Assembly: GCA_017614895.1 (NCBI GenBank) | Contig: JAGAAZ010000055.1 | Span: 1,658 to 65,657, forward strand | Direction: 5' to 3' | DNA: 64,000 bases | Source of the DNA: Bacteroidaceae bacterium | Lineage (GTDB): Bacteria; Bacteroidota; Bacteroidia; Bacteroidales; Bacteroidaceae | Part shown: positions 44,597-51,563 of the stretch, piece by piece | Numbering within the stretch: position 1 is the stretch's first letter | Layout: each line of letters begins with the position of its first letter | The notes under the pieces: model-generated | Told to the model about the DNA's origin: nothing | Database searches by the model: none | Seen by the model: the letters and a program-made list of their open reading frames with translations, nothing else | Program-made: the position numbers and the translations under genes

Positions 44597-45421
44597 ATGA
44601 AGAATATCATTGCCATATTGCTGTGGACATGCTGCCTGGTGTGCATGGGCTGCACAGAGGGAGACAAAGAGACAGAGGTGGTGCTGGAAACCACAGCTGG
44701 AGAGATTCGCGTGAAACTCTACGATGACACCCCTGGACATCGTGACAACTTCGTGAAGAACGTGAAAGACGGAATGTACACAGGTGTGACCTTTCATCGT
44801 GTGGTGCGTGACTTCATGATTCAGACAGGCGACCCCAAGACACGTCCAGAAGGATATGAGGTGAAGCTGACTCCAGAAGGTGACACCATCACCGAACGGA
44901 TTCCTGCCGAGATCGTATGGCCAAAGCACTTCAACAAGCGTGGTTCTTTAGCAGCAGCACGTGATGCCGACGAAGAGAACCCAGACAGAGCCAGCGACAA
45001 GTTCCAGTTCTACATCGTGACAGGCAGAACCTGTCAGGATGCAGATATGGATGCCTACGAACTGGCAAGAGTGCAACGCGACACGGAGATTCTCTATCGG
45101 AAGAAGCAGTTGGCGAACCAAGAGAAGTTGGAAGCCCTGCGTCAGGCACGTGACCGTACAGGCGTCAGCAACCTGCTGGAGAAGTTGCTGGACGAAGCCA
45201 AATGGGAAGTGTCCGAGAATCCACCCATCACCTACCCTACCGACCTGCGTCGCAGCTACGGCATCCGAGGAGGTGCCCCCTGGCTCGACAACGAATACAC
45301 CGTCTTTGGCGAAGTGGTCGAAGGCATGAAGGTGGTGGAAGCTATCCAGAAGATCAAGACCAACGCCCAGGAAGTTCCCCTCAAGGAAGTTCGCATCATC
45401 AAAGCTTACGTGGTGGAGTGA
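44597..45421 (+). CDS. Cyclophilin-type peptidyl-prolyl cis-trans isomerase lipoprotein
   Basis: Started at MKNIIAILLWTCCLVCMGC (44597). TTAGEIRVKLYDDTPGHRDNFVKNVKDGMYTGVTFHRVVRDFMIQTGDP is the cyclophilin core, and TVFGEVVEGMKVV follows at the C-terminus. Confidence 0.88.
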   Translation: MKNIIAILLWTCCLVCMGCTEGDKETEVVLETTAGEIRVKLYDDTPGHRDNFVKNVKDGMYTGVTFHRVVRDFMIQTGDPKTRPEGYEVKLTPEGDTITERIPAEIVWPKHFNKRGSLAAARDADEENPDRASDKFQFYIVTGRTCQDADMDAYELARVQRDTEILYRKKQLANQEKLEALRQARDRTGVSNLLEKLLDEAKWEVSENPPITYPTDLRRSYGIRGGAPWLDNEYTVFGEVVEGMKVVEAIQKIKTNAQEVPLKEVRIIKAYVVE

Positions 45422-45486
45422 TGTTCTACCCCAAGAAAGACAATTCAGATAGGCATTCGCTTCATTCTCCCCCTCGCATCCAAAAG

Positions 45487-45546
45487 ATTTTGAAAGTTTC
45501 AAAATAAAATTCTAAAGTTTTGAAAAATATTTTGAAACTTTCAAAT
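45487..45546. repeat. Two near-identical AT palindromes ATTTTGAAA-N-TTTCAAAAT, 42 bp apart
   Basis: 45487-45505 is a perfect 19-nt palindrome and 45531-45545 a perfect 15-nt palindrome. An extra TTTTGAAA half-site lies at 45518-45525. Confidence 0.75.
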
Positions 45547-45662
45547 TATTTTTTGCAACTTTAGAAATTTTGTGGATAGCCTAGTTTGTTTGAAATGGAT
45601 ACGGGGGTAATGATGAAATGGATAGCCTACTACTGTTTTAAAATGCCGACGGCAAAGCATCA

Positions 45663-45705
45663 AAGAGACGGCGGCATAATGTAAGCGAGCCGCCGTCTCT
45701 TTTTT
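45663..45705 (+). terminator. Strong orphan intrinsic terminator
   Basis: Perfect 13-bp stem AAGAGACGGCGGC / GCCGCCGTCTCTT with a 13-nt loop and a T-tract. Lies 245 nt after the nearest plus-strand gene. Confidence 0.65.
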
Positions 45706-45825
45706 GTGCCCTAACCATAGAAAAAGTTTTTCCCAACTACGCAGAAAATTTATATTTCTCTTAAGGGTCGCAAGTATTTCCCTTAAGGATTGTCTTCATT
45801 TATTTTTCATTTAATAAACAAAAAG

Positions 45826-47166
45826 CTATAAATCATCTACTATGTGTACAAAACTTCCCCAATTCTCATCATAAGCATACTTGCCCTTTAATCCTGCCGG
45901 AACATGGAGGGTGGCATTATTGAATGTTTGTGTTGAAAAAGAAGCAGAGAAGGAAAAAGATGCACCATAATACGAACGGCTATACATCTTTGGTGGATTA
46001 GGACATTTCATATAAATGTCCAACAAGCCGCAATCATAAAATGCGCCACTCCCAATAGAAGTAACATTGATTGGAATCGTCACGGTTTCCAAAGACTTAC
46101 AGTTAAAAAATGCTCCTCCTTGTATTTCTGTCACGCCATTAGGAATTGATACATTCTTTAATGATAGGCAATTCTCGAAAGCATAATCTTCTATTTTTAC
46201 AACACTTTCAGGAATCGTCACGGATTCCAAAGATTCACAGCCATAGAATGCATGACTATTAATGCAAGTGAATCCCACAGGGATAGAAACGGATTTCAGA
46301 CATTTGTTTATACCAAAGGCATATATATCGATGCCATTGACTACATATTTTTCATCTTTGTAAATGACATATTTAGGAATACTTATATTCTCTGCATATT
46401 TATCAACCCAACATACCCAAGCCGTCATTTCAACAGGATTATCTGACATGTAGGAAGACGATTTATAAAGCCTATAAAACAAGGAACCATCAGAAACAAC
46501 ACTTTCTGTCCAACCTCTGTGCGGGCTATCCCAATACAGTCTACGATAATAAGAGGAATCTTTGACGTATACAGTTTCTTCCCTCCTCTGAGGATTGGTA
46601 GAAGCGACATCACGAATCTGATTTGCCCATTCTTTCCATTCCGTTTTGTATACTTCCTTACTATCAGTGGGTACATATATGGGACAATTTGTACCATAAA
46701 AAGCATATTCTCCTATTGCAGGAGGATTGGGGGATTTCAATTCTACCCTTTTTAAACCACTACAGCCTTGAAAAGCATAGTTGCCAATAGACACGATGCT
46801 GCCAGGAATGGTCAAAGAGATCAAACTGGTACAATTAGAGAAAGCACCTTTGCCAATCGATGTGACCTTATGTTTAATACCATCTATTGTAACATCTTGG
46901 GGAATGTTTGCCTGCGTTGCCTCTTTCACTCCTTTTGCCACTTCTAAAGTTTTGTTTTCTTCTGAGGTAACCCGATAACACATTACACCATCAAAATAAC
47001 CATATTCAACATTTCCTTCATCAGATGTATATGGTTTGTAATCGTCAGAAGTTAAAGAAATTGTCAAACCAGAACTTCCTTCGTCATCGTCTTTACTACA
47101 AGACACGAATGCTCCACACATGATGAGCATAAATACAAAAAATGAAATGTAAGATATCTTTCTCAT
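45826..47166 (-). CDS. BspA-type leucine-rich-repeat (LRR_5) lipoprotein
   Basis: Started at MRKISYISFFVFMLIMCGAFVSC (47166). Two blocks of ~23-aa repeats such as IGKGAFSNCTSLISLTIPGSIVSIGNYAFQGCSGLKRV and IEDYAFENCLSLKNVSIPNGVTEIQGGAFFNCKSLETVTIP. Codon usage is AT-rich. Confidence 0.8.
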   Translation of the reverse strand: MRKISYISFFVFMLIMCGAFVSCSKDDDEGSSGLTISLTSDDYKPYTSDEGNVEYGYFDGVMCYRVTSEENKTLEVAKGVKEATQANIPQDVTIDGIKHKVTSIGKGAFSNCTSLISLTIPGSIVSIGNYAFQGCSGLKRVELKSPNPPAIGEYAFYGTNCPIYVPTDSKEVYKTEWKEWANQIRDVASTNPQRREETVYVKDSSYYRRLYWDSPHRGWTESVVSDGSLFYRLYKSSSYMSDNPVEMTAWVCWVDKYAENISIPKYVIYKDEKYVVNGIDIYAFGINKCLKSVSIPVGFTCINSHAFYGCESLESVTIPESVVKIEDYAFENCLSLKNVSIPNGVTEIQGGAFFNCKSLETVTIPINVTSIGSGAFYDCGLLDIYMKCPNPPKMYSRSYYGASFSFSASFSTQTFNNATLHVPAGLKGKYAYDENWGSFVHIVDDL

Positions 47167-47182
47167 AAGGCTATATAAAATT

Positions 47183-48073
47183 TTAAAGTTTAAACAAATG
47201 ACAATTCTCCATTTGGAGAGGTTTTTCATTAACGTTATGTGATGAATTTTCTATAAAAGAATTTATATATCTTGTTTCTTGTCCATCGTGGATAGAGAAA
47301 TACCAATTTGAATTAGGACAAACCTTTGTGCGTACAGCATGAAAATACGGAATGTCAATTATAGACATCGAATGTCCAATAACAACAATATTGGAAATGT
47401 TCTGTAATGTGTCAAAAAAGGAATTTTTCTTTATGTTGTTAGTGATATTCTTATTCAATGTGTTCATGATTTCTACAATCTTTTTTCTTGGAAGTTCTTC
47501 TTCGTCTGTTTCAGCATAAACATCATGTGGCGCTGTAGTAATATCATGACCCGTCAGTATTTCTTCATCATCAATGCTTCCATGAATGTGACATATCTGG
47601 CTTTCAGGGATTCCATAGAAATTTTCTAACACTTTAGTGTAATTGAAAGTGAGGAAAAGACTCTCTTTACTTAACTCAAGTCTGCATTCTGTAGGTATGT
47701 GTTTTATATCAATGTTGCTTGCCCACTCTTTCATAAGAGGACGTATCTTTTTGACAATGTCACTTAGTTCTTCTACGGATTTTCTCAATGCTTCATCATT
47801 CCAAACATCTTCAGTTTTATGGCGTAGTTGGTGATAAAGTTCTTGAGAATCATACGTTCTAAGTACATTTTCAAAATTACTCCATAGATTACATTGTTGG
47901 TAATTCAATCTCAAAAAGAACCATTCCATATCATCTACGAAGTTCTCATAGTCGTTCAAATTAAGCCAACTACAAAAGTGCCTGTATTTTGACTTAATAT
48001 TGTGATACAAATCAAATCCATTACCAATAATGTACAAAGTGTCTTTTTCTTTATCTTGCAAATTTGGAAGCAT
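47183..48073 (-). CDS. AbiH-family (abortive-infection-like) protein
   Basis: Started at MLPNLQDKEKDTLYIIGNGFDLYHNIKSKY (48073). The IIGNGFDL N-terminal motif and the distal VVIGHSMSIIDIPYF motif match my memory of Pfam AbiH (PF14253). Its stop lies 16 nt upstream of the LRR gene start. Confidence 0.72.
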   Translation of the reverse strand: MLPNLQDKEKDTLYIIGNGFDLYHNIKSKYRHFCSWLNLNDYENFVDDMEWFFLRLNYQQCNLWSNFENVLRTYDSQELYHQLRHKTEDVWNDEALRKSVEELSDIVKKIRPLMKEWASNIDIKHIPTECRLELSKESLFLTFNYTKVLENFYGIPESQICHIHGSIDDEEILTGHDITTAPHDVYAETDEEELPRKKIVEIMNTLNKNITNNIKKNSFFDTLQNISNIVVIGHSMSIIDIPYFHAVRTKVCPNSNWYFSIHDGQETRYINSFIENSSHNVNEKPLQMENCHLFKL

Positions 48074-48487
48074 AAACAGACGATTTTTGTACCCAGCAAC
48101 TCCCTTACTCGGCAAATTTTATGATTTGGTTCATATATATACAAAAAGCGTGGGGAGTTCTCTTGTCACTCGTCCCACTCTTTGAGGCTCTGGCATCGCC
48201 CTGATTGTCTGAACGAGCAACGCCGAAGCCCACGCATTGTATATAAACAACATTGCGGCAAGAAGCCAATAATGGCTTTCCTGCTTTAGTGTCATGAATA
48301 TACACTTGATGGACGTTCTTTGTTACCTTGTTTTTGACAATCAATTCGAAACTGCCAGATTTCAAAGAGTCAAGCACAAAGCGTCAAGTACGCCTTTTCT
48401 ATATATAGGTTCTCTACCCTAATCCCACCCAAAAGCGGGACTTCGGCAAGAGAACATTTGCAAATTAAGTAAATAAATGTGAAACCT

Positions 48488-48509
48488 CCAAACTTTTTCC
48501 AAACTTTTT
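48488..48509 (+). repeat. Tandem 11-mer CCAAACTTTTT x2
   Basis: Read directly, 35-55 nt upstream of the -7 box at 48544. Confidence 0.7.
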
Positions 48510-48543
48510 CCCTTTTTTGTTTGCTTGTACTAAAATCTATCAT

Positions 48544-48551
48544 TATCTTTG
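48544..48551 (+). promoter_or_regulatory. -7 box TATCTTTG for the small ORF/retropepsin transcript
   Basis: TAnnTTTG 35 nt upstream of the ATG at 48586. TTTG at 48520-48523 is a possible -33 element. Confidence 0.45.
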
Positions 48552-48585
48552 CACCAAGTTATTCACTCTAAACACATTTACGATA

Positions 48586-48792
48586 ATGGAAAACAAGAAA
48601 AAGGTAATACCCGACTTTGGCTACGTGGCCTTCGTGGGAGAGAAACCGCAAGGTTTGCCTAAGCCTAAAGTCGTAAAGTGTGGAACAAAAAACCGCAATC
48701 ATGCTCCGATTAAAGTTAACCGAGCCATTCGAACAGGTGTACGTATATATCAGTCTGGAGAACCCATTGACTGGGCAGGTGCGTACAATTGA
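48586..48792 (+). CDS. Small hypothetical ORF (68 aa) overlapping the next gene
   Basis: MENKKKVIPDFGYVAFVGEKPQGLPKPK... begins 35 nt after a TATCTTTG box (48544-48551). Overlaps the protease ORF by 92 nt in another frame. May be the N-terminal part of a frameshifted gene. Confidence 0.35.
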   Translation: MENKKKVIPDFGYVAFVGEKPQGLPKPKVVKCGTKNRNHAPIKVNRAIRTGVRIYQSGEPIDWAGAYN

Positions 48793-49117
48793 CGCGAAGG
48801 TAGACACAGGTGCTGCTGTAACGATCATACCCAAGGACGTGATTGACGGATTGGAACTCCCATCACTTGGTAATTGGGAGTTCTCGATGGTGGATGGAAC
48901 TCCTCTATCCACAGAAGCGTTTATGTGCCGTCTTTCGTTCTCAGATGAAGACAGCATCGACACCCCTATTTATGTATGTGATACAGAATCTGGTGTGGCA
49001 TTGTTAGGAATGGATGTCCTAAAACTTTGTAACTTTTCCCAATGGCATGAATGGGGAAAGGAAGAACACTCCGTTTATTTTGAGATTGAACTATTGGGAG
49101 AAGAGGCTCTGCTTTAA
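48701..49117 (+). CDS. Retropepsin-like (clan AA) aspartic protease
   Basis: The ORF track starts at 48680 (GTG). The first ATG is at 48701. VYVYISLENPLTGQVRTIDAKVDTGAAVTIIP...ALLGMDVL matches small bacterial/archaeal DTGA proteases (TIGR03698-like layout). Confidence 0.65.
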   Translation: MLRLKLTEPFEQVYVYISLENPLTGQVRTIDAKVDTGAAVTIIPKDVIDGLELPSLGNWEFSMVDGTPLSTEAFMCRLSFSDEDSIDTPIYVCDTESGVALLGMDVLKLCNFSQWHEWGKEEHSVYFEIELLGEEALL

Positions 49118-49137
49118 GTCGCACTACATTCCATTCA

Positions 49138-49185
49138 TTAACTCGATTCATCGTTTGAGTTAATTAATTCGATGATTTGAGTTAA
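49138..49185. terminator. AT-rich hairpin between the convergent protease and rluA-family genes
   Basis: Arms TTAACTCGATTCATCG / CGATGATTTGAGTTAA pair at 14/16 positions. Confidence 0.4.
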
Positions 49186-49188
49186 TAA

Positions 49189-49857
49189 TTAAATCTGAAA
49201 GGATTTCCAGAGATTGTCGTCGGGCAGGGGTGCTTCGGCAGCAATTTCTTTTTTGCTGACGGGATGGATGAAGTGCATGGAGTAGCTGAGCAGGGATATG
49301 CTGCCGTCAGGGTTGGAGCGCTTGGCACCATACTTGAGGTCTCCCTTGATGGGACAACCCATCTTGGCAAGTTGGCAACGAATTTGATGGTGGCGACCTG
49401 TTTTGAGGTCCACCTCAAGGAGATAGTAGTTGTCGGATTTGCCAATAACTTTGTAATCAAGGATAGCTTTCTTGCTGTGAGGCACTTCACGGTCGTAGGC
49501 ATAGGACTTGTTCTGCTTCTCATTGCGAACAAGCCAATGGGTGAGTGTGCCTGCTGGCTCAGCAGGAGCATCCTTCACAATCGCCCAGTATTTCTTCTTC
49601 ACTTCGCCGTTTGCAAACATTGCATTGAGTCGCGCCAATGCCTTAGAAGTACGTGCAAACAGGACGAGTCCGAACACAGGACGGTCGAGACGATGAACAA
49701 CACCAAGGAAGACGTCGCCTGGTTTGGCGTACGCTTCCTTGATGTATTGCTTCACTGTTTCGCTCAGGGGTTTGTCGCCGGTCTTGTCGCCCTGCACGAT
49801 TTCACCTGTCGTTTTCGAAACAATGATGATGTGATTATCTTCGTAGAGAACAGTCAT
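49189..49857 (-). CDS. RluA-family pseudouridine synthase
   Basis: Started at MTVLYEDNHIIIVSKTTGEIVQGD (49857). Catalytic motif VVHRLDRPVFGLVLFARTSKA. The longer ORF-track start runs through a repeat hairpin. Confidence 0.85.
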   Translation of the reverse strand: MTVLYEDNHIIIVSKTTGEIVQGDKTGDKPLSETVKQYIKEAYAKPGDVFLGVVHRLDRPVFGLVLFARTSKALARLNAMFANGEVKKKYWAIVKDAPAEPAGTLTHWLVRNEKQNKSYAYDREVPHSKKAILDYKVIGKSDNYYLLEVDLKTGRHHQIRCQLAKMGCPIKGDLKYGAKRSNPDGSISLLSYSMHFIHPVSKKEIAAEAPLPDDNLWKSFQI

Positions 49858-49865
49858 AAAAATTA

Positions 49866-49974
49866 AAAGATTGAAAAATTGAAGAATTGAAGTTTTGGCT
49901 GACGCGATGCTCCTATTGAGGGAAACACACCGCATGGCAACTTCAATTTTTCAATTCTTCAATTCTTCAATTTT
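49866..49974. repeat. Long hairpin whose arms are tandem octads (AATTGAAG)n, between fabG and the rluA-family gene
   Basis: Left arm AAAGATTGAAAAATTGAAGAATTGAAGTT (49866-49894). Right arm AACTTCAATTTTTCAATTCTTCAATTCTTCAATTTT (49939-49974). 44-nt loop. The right arm touches the fabG stop codon. Confidence 0.8.
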
Positions 49975-50731
49975 ACATATTCATGCCACCGTCAATCTGG
50001 ATCACCTGACCAGATACGTAGCTTGACATATCAGATGCGAGGAAGAGACATACGTTGGCGATGTCCTCCACCTGACCACCACGACGAAGTGGAATCTTCT
50101 TCATCCAGTCAGCACGGATTTCCTCTGGAAGCTGAGCAGTCATCGCTGTCTCGATGAAGCCAGGAGCCACAGCGTTGGCACGTACACCCTTAGGACCGAG
50201 TTCCTGTGCGATAGACTTAGCGAGACCAATCATACCAGCCTTAGAAGCAGAGTAGTTGCACTGACCTGCGTTGCCGTGAACACCAACAACTGAAGACATA
50301 TTGATGATAGAACCACCACGCTGACGAAGCATGATAGGTGCACAAGCATGGATGAAGTTGAAGGCAGACTTCAAGTTCACATTCAGCACAGCATCCCACT
50401 GAGCTTCAGTCATACGAAGCATCAAACCGTCCTTCGTGATACCAGCATTGTTGACCAATACGTCGATAGAACCGAAATCCTCGTGAATCTTCTTCACCAC
50501 AGCCTCAGTCTCAGCAAAGTCAGCAGCATTGCCAGCGTAGGCACGACAAGTCACGCCCAAAGCCTCAATCTCCTTGCGAGTAGCTTCGAGACCAGCAGCC
50601 ATATCGTCGTTCAACACCAAATCAGTAAATGCGATGTTTGCACCTTCCTGAGCAAACTTCATAGCGACAGCCTTACCGATGCCGCGTGCAGCACCTGTAA
50701 CCAGAGCTGTCTTACCACTTAAAAGTCCCAT
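49973..50731 (-). CDS. fabG: 3-oxoacyl-[ACP] reductase
   Basis: 252-aa SDR: LSGKTALVTGAARGIGKA, NNAGITKD, and the catalytic YSASKAG. Confidence 0.88.
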   Translation of the reverse strand: MGLLSGKTALVTGAARGIGKAVAMKFAQEGANIAFTDLVLNDDMAAGLEATRKEIEALGVTCRAYAGNAADFAETEAVVKKIHEDFGSIDVLVNNAGITKDGLMLRMTEAQWDAVLNVNLKSAFNFIHACAPIMLRQRGGSIINMSSVVGVHGNAGQCNYSASKAGMIGLAKSIAQELGPKGVRANAVAPGFIETAMTAQLPEEIRADWMKKIPLRRGGQVEDIANVCLFLASDMSSYVSGQVIQIDGGMNM

Positions 50732-50798
50732 AATTCTTTGATTTTATATAAATGATGAATAAGTTGCTAAATTAACCACCTTCAAGCGCATGGGCTTG

Positions 50799-51398
50799 TT
50801 AGTATTTCCCATATCTCGGGCTTTTGCAGAAATGCTTGAACACCATACTACGCACGTAAGGATAAAGTTCCTCAGCATTCTGCGCTGCATAGCGACCATA
50901 GATGTATGGCACCTCGCAACCCTTCAGGCAGTAGTGCATGATTTCAGCAGCGAGACGCACATTGCGAATCTCAAACAATCCCTTGTCGATTCCCTCATTC
51001 ATGATGCGACGGAAGAGGTTGATTTCATTCTTGTCGAATGTCTTGCGCACCGACTCCACCTTCCACACATCACGGAAGAACTCAGCACGCAGGTTGCCGT
51101 TGCGATACACAGCCTCCTTCATCACCTCCAAATGAGCGAAGATGAGTTGCACCATCTTCTCCTCTGGCTGGATGGGTTTGCGAGCCACCTCTTCCATACG
51201 CTCATACAAGCGTTCCAACTCTGTCTGGATAACTGCCAGATAGATTTCCTCCTTACTATTAAAATAGGTGTAAAGTGTACGGCGGCCTCTGTTGGCTGCT
51301 ACTGCAATATCGTTCATTGACGTGTCCTCGAAACCATTTTTTGCAAACAGTTGACGAGCCACGTCCACCAGCAGTGCCCTTGTCTTCTGAACCGACAT
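50799..51398 (-). CDS. TetR/AcrR-family transcriptional regulator
   Basis: Started at MSVQKTRALLVDVARQLFAKNGFEDTSMNDIAVAANRGRRTLYTYFNSKEEIY (51398), a typical TetR N-terminal HTH. TACCTTTG box at 51441-51448. Confidence 0.85.
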   Translation of the reverse strand: MSVQKTRALLVDVARQLFAKNGFEDTSMNDIAVAANRGRRTLYTYFNSKEEIYLAVIQTELERLYERMEEVARKPIQPEEKMVQLIFAHLEVMKEAVYRNGNLRAEFFRDVWKVESVRKTFDKNEINLFRRIMNEGIDKGLFEIRNVRLAAEIMHYCLKGCEVPYIYGRYAAQNAEELYPYVRSMVFKHFCKSPRYGKY

Positions 51399-51440
51399 AA
51401 TCTTAGCGTTCTTTAGGTATTTGAGTTTGTGATTCGGGTG

Positions 51441-51448
51441 CAAAGGTA
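51441..51448 (-). promoter_or_regulatory. -7 box TACCTTTG for the TetR/fabG(/rluA) transcript
   Basis: Plus strand reads caaaggta. 43 nt upstream of the ATG at 51398. Confidence 0.5.
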
Positions 51449-51563
51449 CAGAAAAAAACTGAAAGCACAAAGAATTTTGTGCACAACTTTTCATACAAAA
51501 AGAACAAACGTCAAGGAATCAGTCATTTATGCAGTGCACAAATAACAACAGAAACATCATTTG

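Noticed and set aside
44392-45421. tRNA-Pro considered as the integration site of the AT-rich islet.
   Set aside because: The tRNA 3' end faces away from the islet. A normal-composition cyclophilin gene lies between them. I saw no repeat of the tRNA 3' end at the far islet border, and there is no integrase.
47167-47229. The upstream extension of the LRR ORF (MKNLSKWRIVICLNFKILYSL).
   Set aside because: It overlaps the 3' end of the AbiH-like gene. The ATG at 47166 gives a canonical lipoprotein signal peptide.
48148-48235. The GC-rich 88-nt segment closed by a 7-bp stem, considered as a long-arm tRNA or tRNA remnant.
   Set aside because: Neither strand has a D-loop GG, a T-loop GTTCRANYC or a plausible anticodon arm.
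48105-48377. The 90-codon minus-strand ORF upstream of the AbiH-like gene.
   Set aside because: It has no family resemblance. Its C-terminal half is translated from the GC-rich patch (ARSDNQGDARASKSGTSDKRTPH) and it has no clean -7 box. It is retained only as part of the 48116-48585 finding.
4381-49974. The tandem 7-8-nt repeats (4381, 8924, 36466, 41926, 49866) considered as CRISPR arrays or minisatellite-encoded peptides.
   Set aside because: The units are only 7-8 nt, with no unique spacers and no cas genes in the window, so they are not CRISPR. They are reported instead as junction micro-repeats.
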